Source of the DNA: Candidatus Nomurabacteria bacterium
GTDB taxonomy: Bacteria > Patescibacteriota > Minisyncoccia > Phycocordibacterales > UBA9973
NCBI GenBank assembly: GCA_052035195.1
Contig: JBPOHU010000001.1
Coordinates: 13,713 to 77,712 of the forward strand
Direction: 5' to 3'
DNA: 64,000 bases
The notes beneath the pieces were generated by a model. That model saw nothing but the letters and a program-made list of their open reading frames with translations, was not told the origin of the DNA and did not search any database. Shown piece after piece: positions 62,900-64,000 of this stretch (the stretch's first letter is position 1; each line of letters opens with the position of its first letter). The position numbers and the translations under genes were made by a program.

Positions 62900-63463
62900 A
62901 TGGAAAGATTATTAAAGACATATAGAGCATGGAGATTTAAAAACACTTTTTTGTTGATAGGGATTCTTGTTTTTGTTTTTTATGCTACGGGTACTACAGC
63001 AGGGCAACAAGTTGTCTTGAGTATTTCCAAGCTAGGATACTTCGGGTCTTTTATTGCAGGAATGTTTTTTGTTTCTACTTTTACTGTGGCTCCTGCAGGA
63101 GTTGTACTTTTTAAATTTGCGCAAATATATAATCCGATACTTATAGCACTTTCAGCAGGAGTAGGAGCGGTGATAGGAGATTATATTATTTTTCGATTTT
63201 TGAAAGATAATGTTTTTGAAGAGATAAAACCTGTATTTATGAAATTAGGGGGGTCTCATATTACACACCTGCTCGGGACCCCATATTTTGGATGGTTGGC
63301 GCCAGTTTTAGGGGCTATAATTATCGCTTCACCTTTCCCAGATGAAATAGGGGTAGGACTTATGGGGATCTCAAAGCTTAAAAACTGGCAGTTTCTTTTG
63401 ATATCATTTTTACTCAATAGTGTAGGAATATTACTTATCGTTACTCTGGCAAAATCTATTTAG
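62900..63463 (+). CDS. DedA/SNARE-associated (VTT-domain) family membrane protein, tentative
   Basis: Multi-TM protein with Gly-rich re-entrant-like segments (GYFGSFIAGMFFVSTFTVAPAG; GVGAVIGDYIIF). Start taken at ATG 62900. Confidence 0.4.
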   Translation: MERLLKTYRAWRFKNTFLLIGILVFVFYATGTTAGQQVVLSISKLGYFGSFIAGMFFVSTFTVAPAGVVLFKFAQIYNPILIALSAGVGAVIGDYIIFRFLKDNVFEEIKPVFMKLGGSHITHLLGTPYFGWLAPVLGAIIIASPFPDEIGVGLMGISKLKNWQFLLISFLLNSVGILLIVTLAKSI

Positions 63464-63513
63464 TACTATAGATATTTATTAAAATAAAAAAAGAGCCGTA
63501 GCTCCTTTTAATT

Positions 63514-63753
63514 TTAATGATTTTTGAAATACACCTGGTCTTCGGCGGTTGGTTTGACTCTTGAGTGTCCACGTCCCATTGGAATAAGGGTGACATCGGC
63601 AATACCGTCACCATCTTCATCAATTATTTCTGACCAGCCGTTTGGTGTATTCCGGTCTACTATTTTGTTAGGAATGATCTTCTTAAGTACAGAAGGAGCA
63701 ATAATAGTACACATTAAGACTATTAAAGATGCCCAAATAAATACTTTTCTCAT
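63514..63753 (-). CDS. Small secreted protein (79 aa), hypothetical
   Basis: Signal peptide MRKVFIWASLIVLMCTIIAPS. Consensus TTGACA-16-TAATAT promoter upstream. Confidence 0.35.
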   Translation of the reverse strand: MRKVFIWASLIVLMCTIIAPSVLKKIIPNKIVDRNTPNGWSEIIDEDGDGIADVTLIPMGRGHSRVKPTAEDQVYFKNH

Positions 63754-63814
63754 GTTAACTTTTTTCTTGATATTACAAGTAAACTGCGTTTTGTCAATTT
63801 TTTTAAAACAAAAT

Positions 63815-63838
63815 AAAAAAACCCGTTTAAACGGGCCC
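63815..63838. terminator. Intrinsic terminator (GGGCCCGTTTAAACGGG hairpin with A/T runs)
   Basis: AAAAAAACCCGTTTAAACGGGCCC. Serves the partial minus-strand gene ending at 63859. Confidence 0.55.
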
Positions 63839-63858
63839 TATCTTTAATCACAGACAAC

Positions 63859-64000
63859 TTATTCTTTTCTAGGACCATAGAGTTGTTCAGTGTCATTTTC
63901 GACACAGTAAACGATCATTTGGCCATGAGAAAGGTAATTTCCTAAATTACAACTCTTTCTCAGTTCTTTTCCATACAAACGATCTGTTAGATAGTCTAAG
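63859..64000 (-). CDS. Partial CDS (C-terminal 46 aa), hypothetical; 5' end outside window
   Basis: Open frame ..LDYLTDRLYGKELRKSCNLGNYLSHGQMIVYCVENDTEQLYGPRKE ending at the TAA stop at 63859-63861. Confidence 0.3.
   Translation of the reverse strand, partial: LDYLTDRLYGKELRKSCNLGNYLSHGQMIVYCVENDTEQLYGPRKE

Noticed and set aside
54190-63860. CRISPR array or integron cassette array as an explanation for the repeated intergenic motifs
   Set aside because: The repeats are not regularly spaced short direct repeats with unique spacers; they are separated by whole genes. The motif keeps one absolute orientation while genes flip strands. There is no intI or attI and no cas gene. Integron attC sites would invert with their cassettes, so the integron model does not fit.

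Overview
The window is AT-rich (roughly one-third GC by eye) bacterial chromosome with small, tightly packed, often overlapping genes. Shortened UvrC, DnaX and Rel homologues, LTD-domain and cohesin/dockerin surface proteins, DprA and a TraD-like ATPase suggest a reduced-genome, possibly CPR/Patescibacteria-like bacterium; that assignment is inference only.

Positions 1-53,400 are mostly housekeeping: mreB (partial), mreC, tgt, uvrB, uvrA, a short uvrC-like gene, rlmB, NDH-2, ychF, miaA, parB, rel, topA, dprA, serS, an ftsQ-like gene, dus, dnaX, rpmG (not in the ORF track) and tRNA-Trp, tRNA-Leu and tRNA-Gln. Several accessory modules sit among them:
- a giant secreted PKD/SGNH/alpha-beta-hydrolase protein (8077-11178);
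- a C30-carotenoid-like crtM/crtN pair with a convergent UbiA prenyltransferase (11191-14709);
- a TraD-like ATPase plus LTD-domain membrane protein, and an ECF sigma/anti-sigma pair (16771-21253);
- a Tat locus (23332-29300): a twin-arginine signal protein, a 959-aa Thr/Gly-rich repeat protein, a lysozyme-like protein, tatC and two tandem tatA genes missed by the ORF track;
- a dockerin-bearing repeat protein followed by two membrane-anchored cohesin proteins (29362-34410);
- a MYG1 / MYG1-2H-phosphoesterase pair flanking a GC-richer gene with an inverted-repeat leader (36309-39598);
- a GC-rich, roughly 290-nt candidate structured ncRNA with a near-consensus promoter and intrinsic terminator (41115-41442).

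Positions 53,376-63,860, to the right of tRNA-Gln, form an island of about 20 small genes on both strands. Almost every gene has its own strong promoter and intrinsic terminator. A recurring intergenic motif of about 40 nt (at least 10 copies, all in the same absolute orientation) runs through it, with -10 boxes sitting 6-10 nt from start codons, which implies leaderless mRNAs. No CRISPR arrays, rRNA genes or recognizable transposases or integrases were seen.
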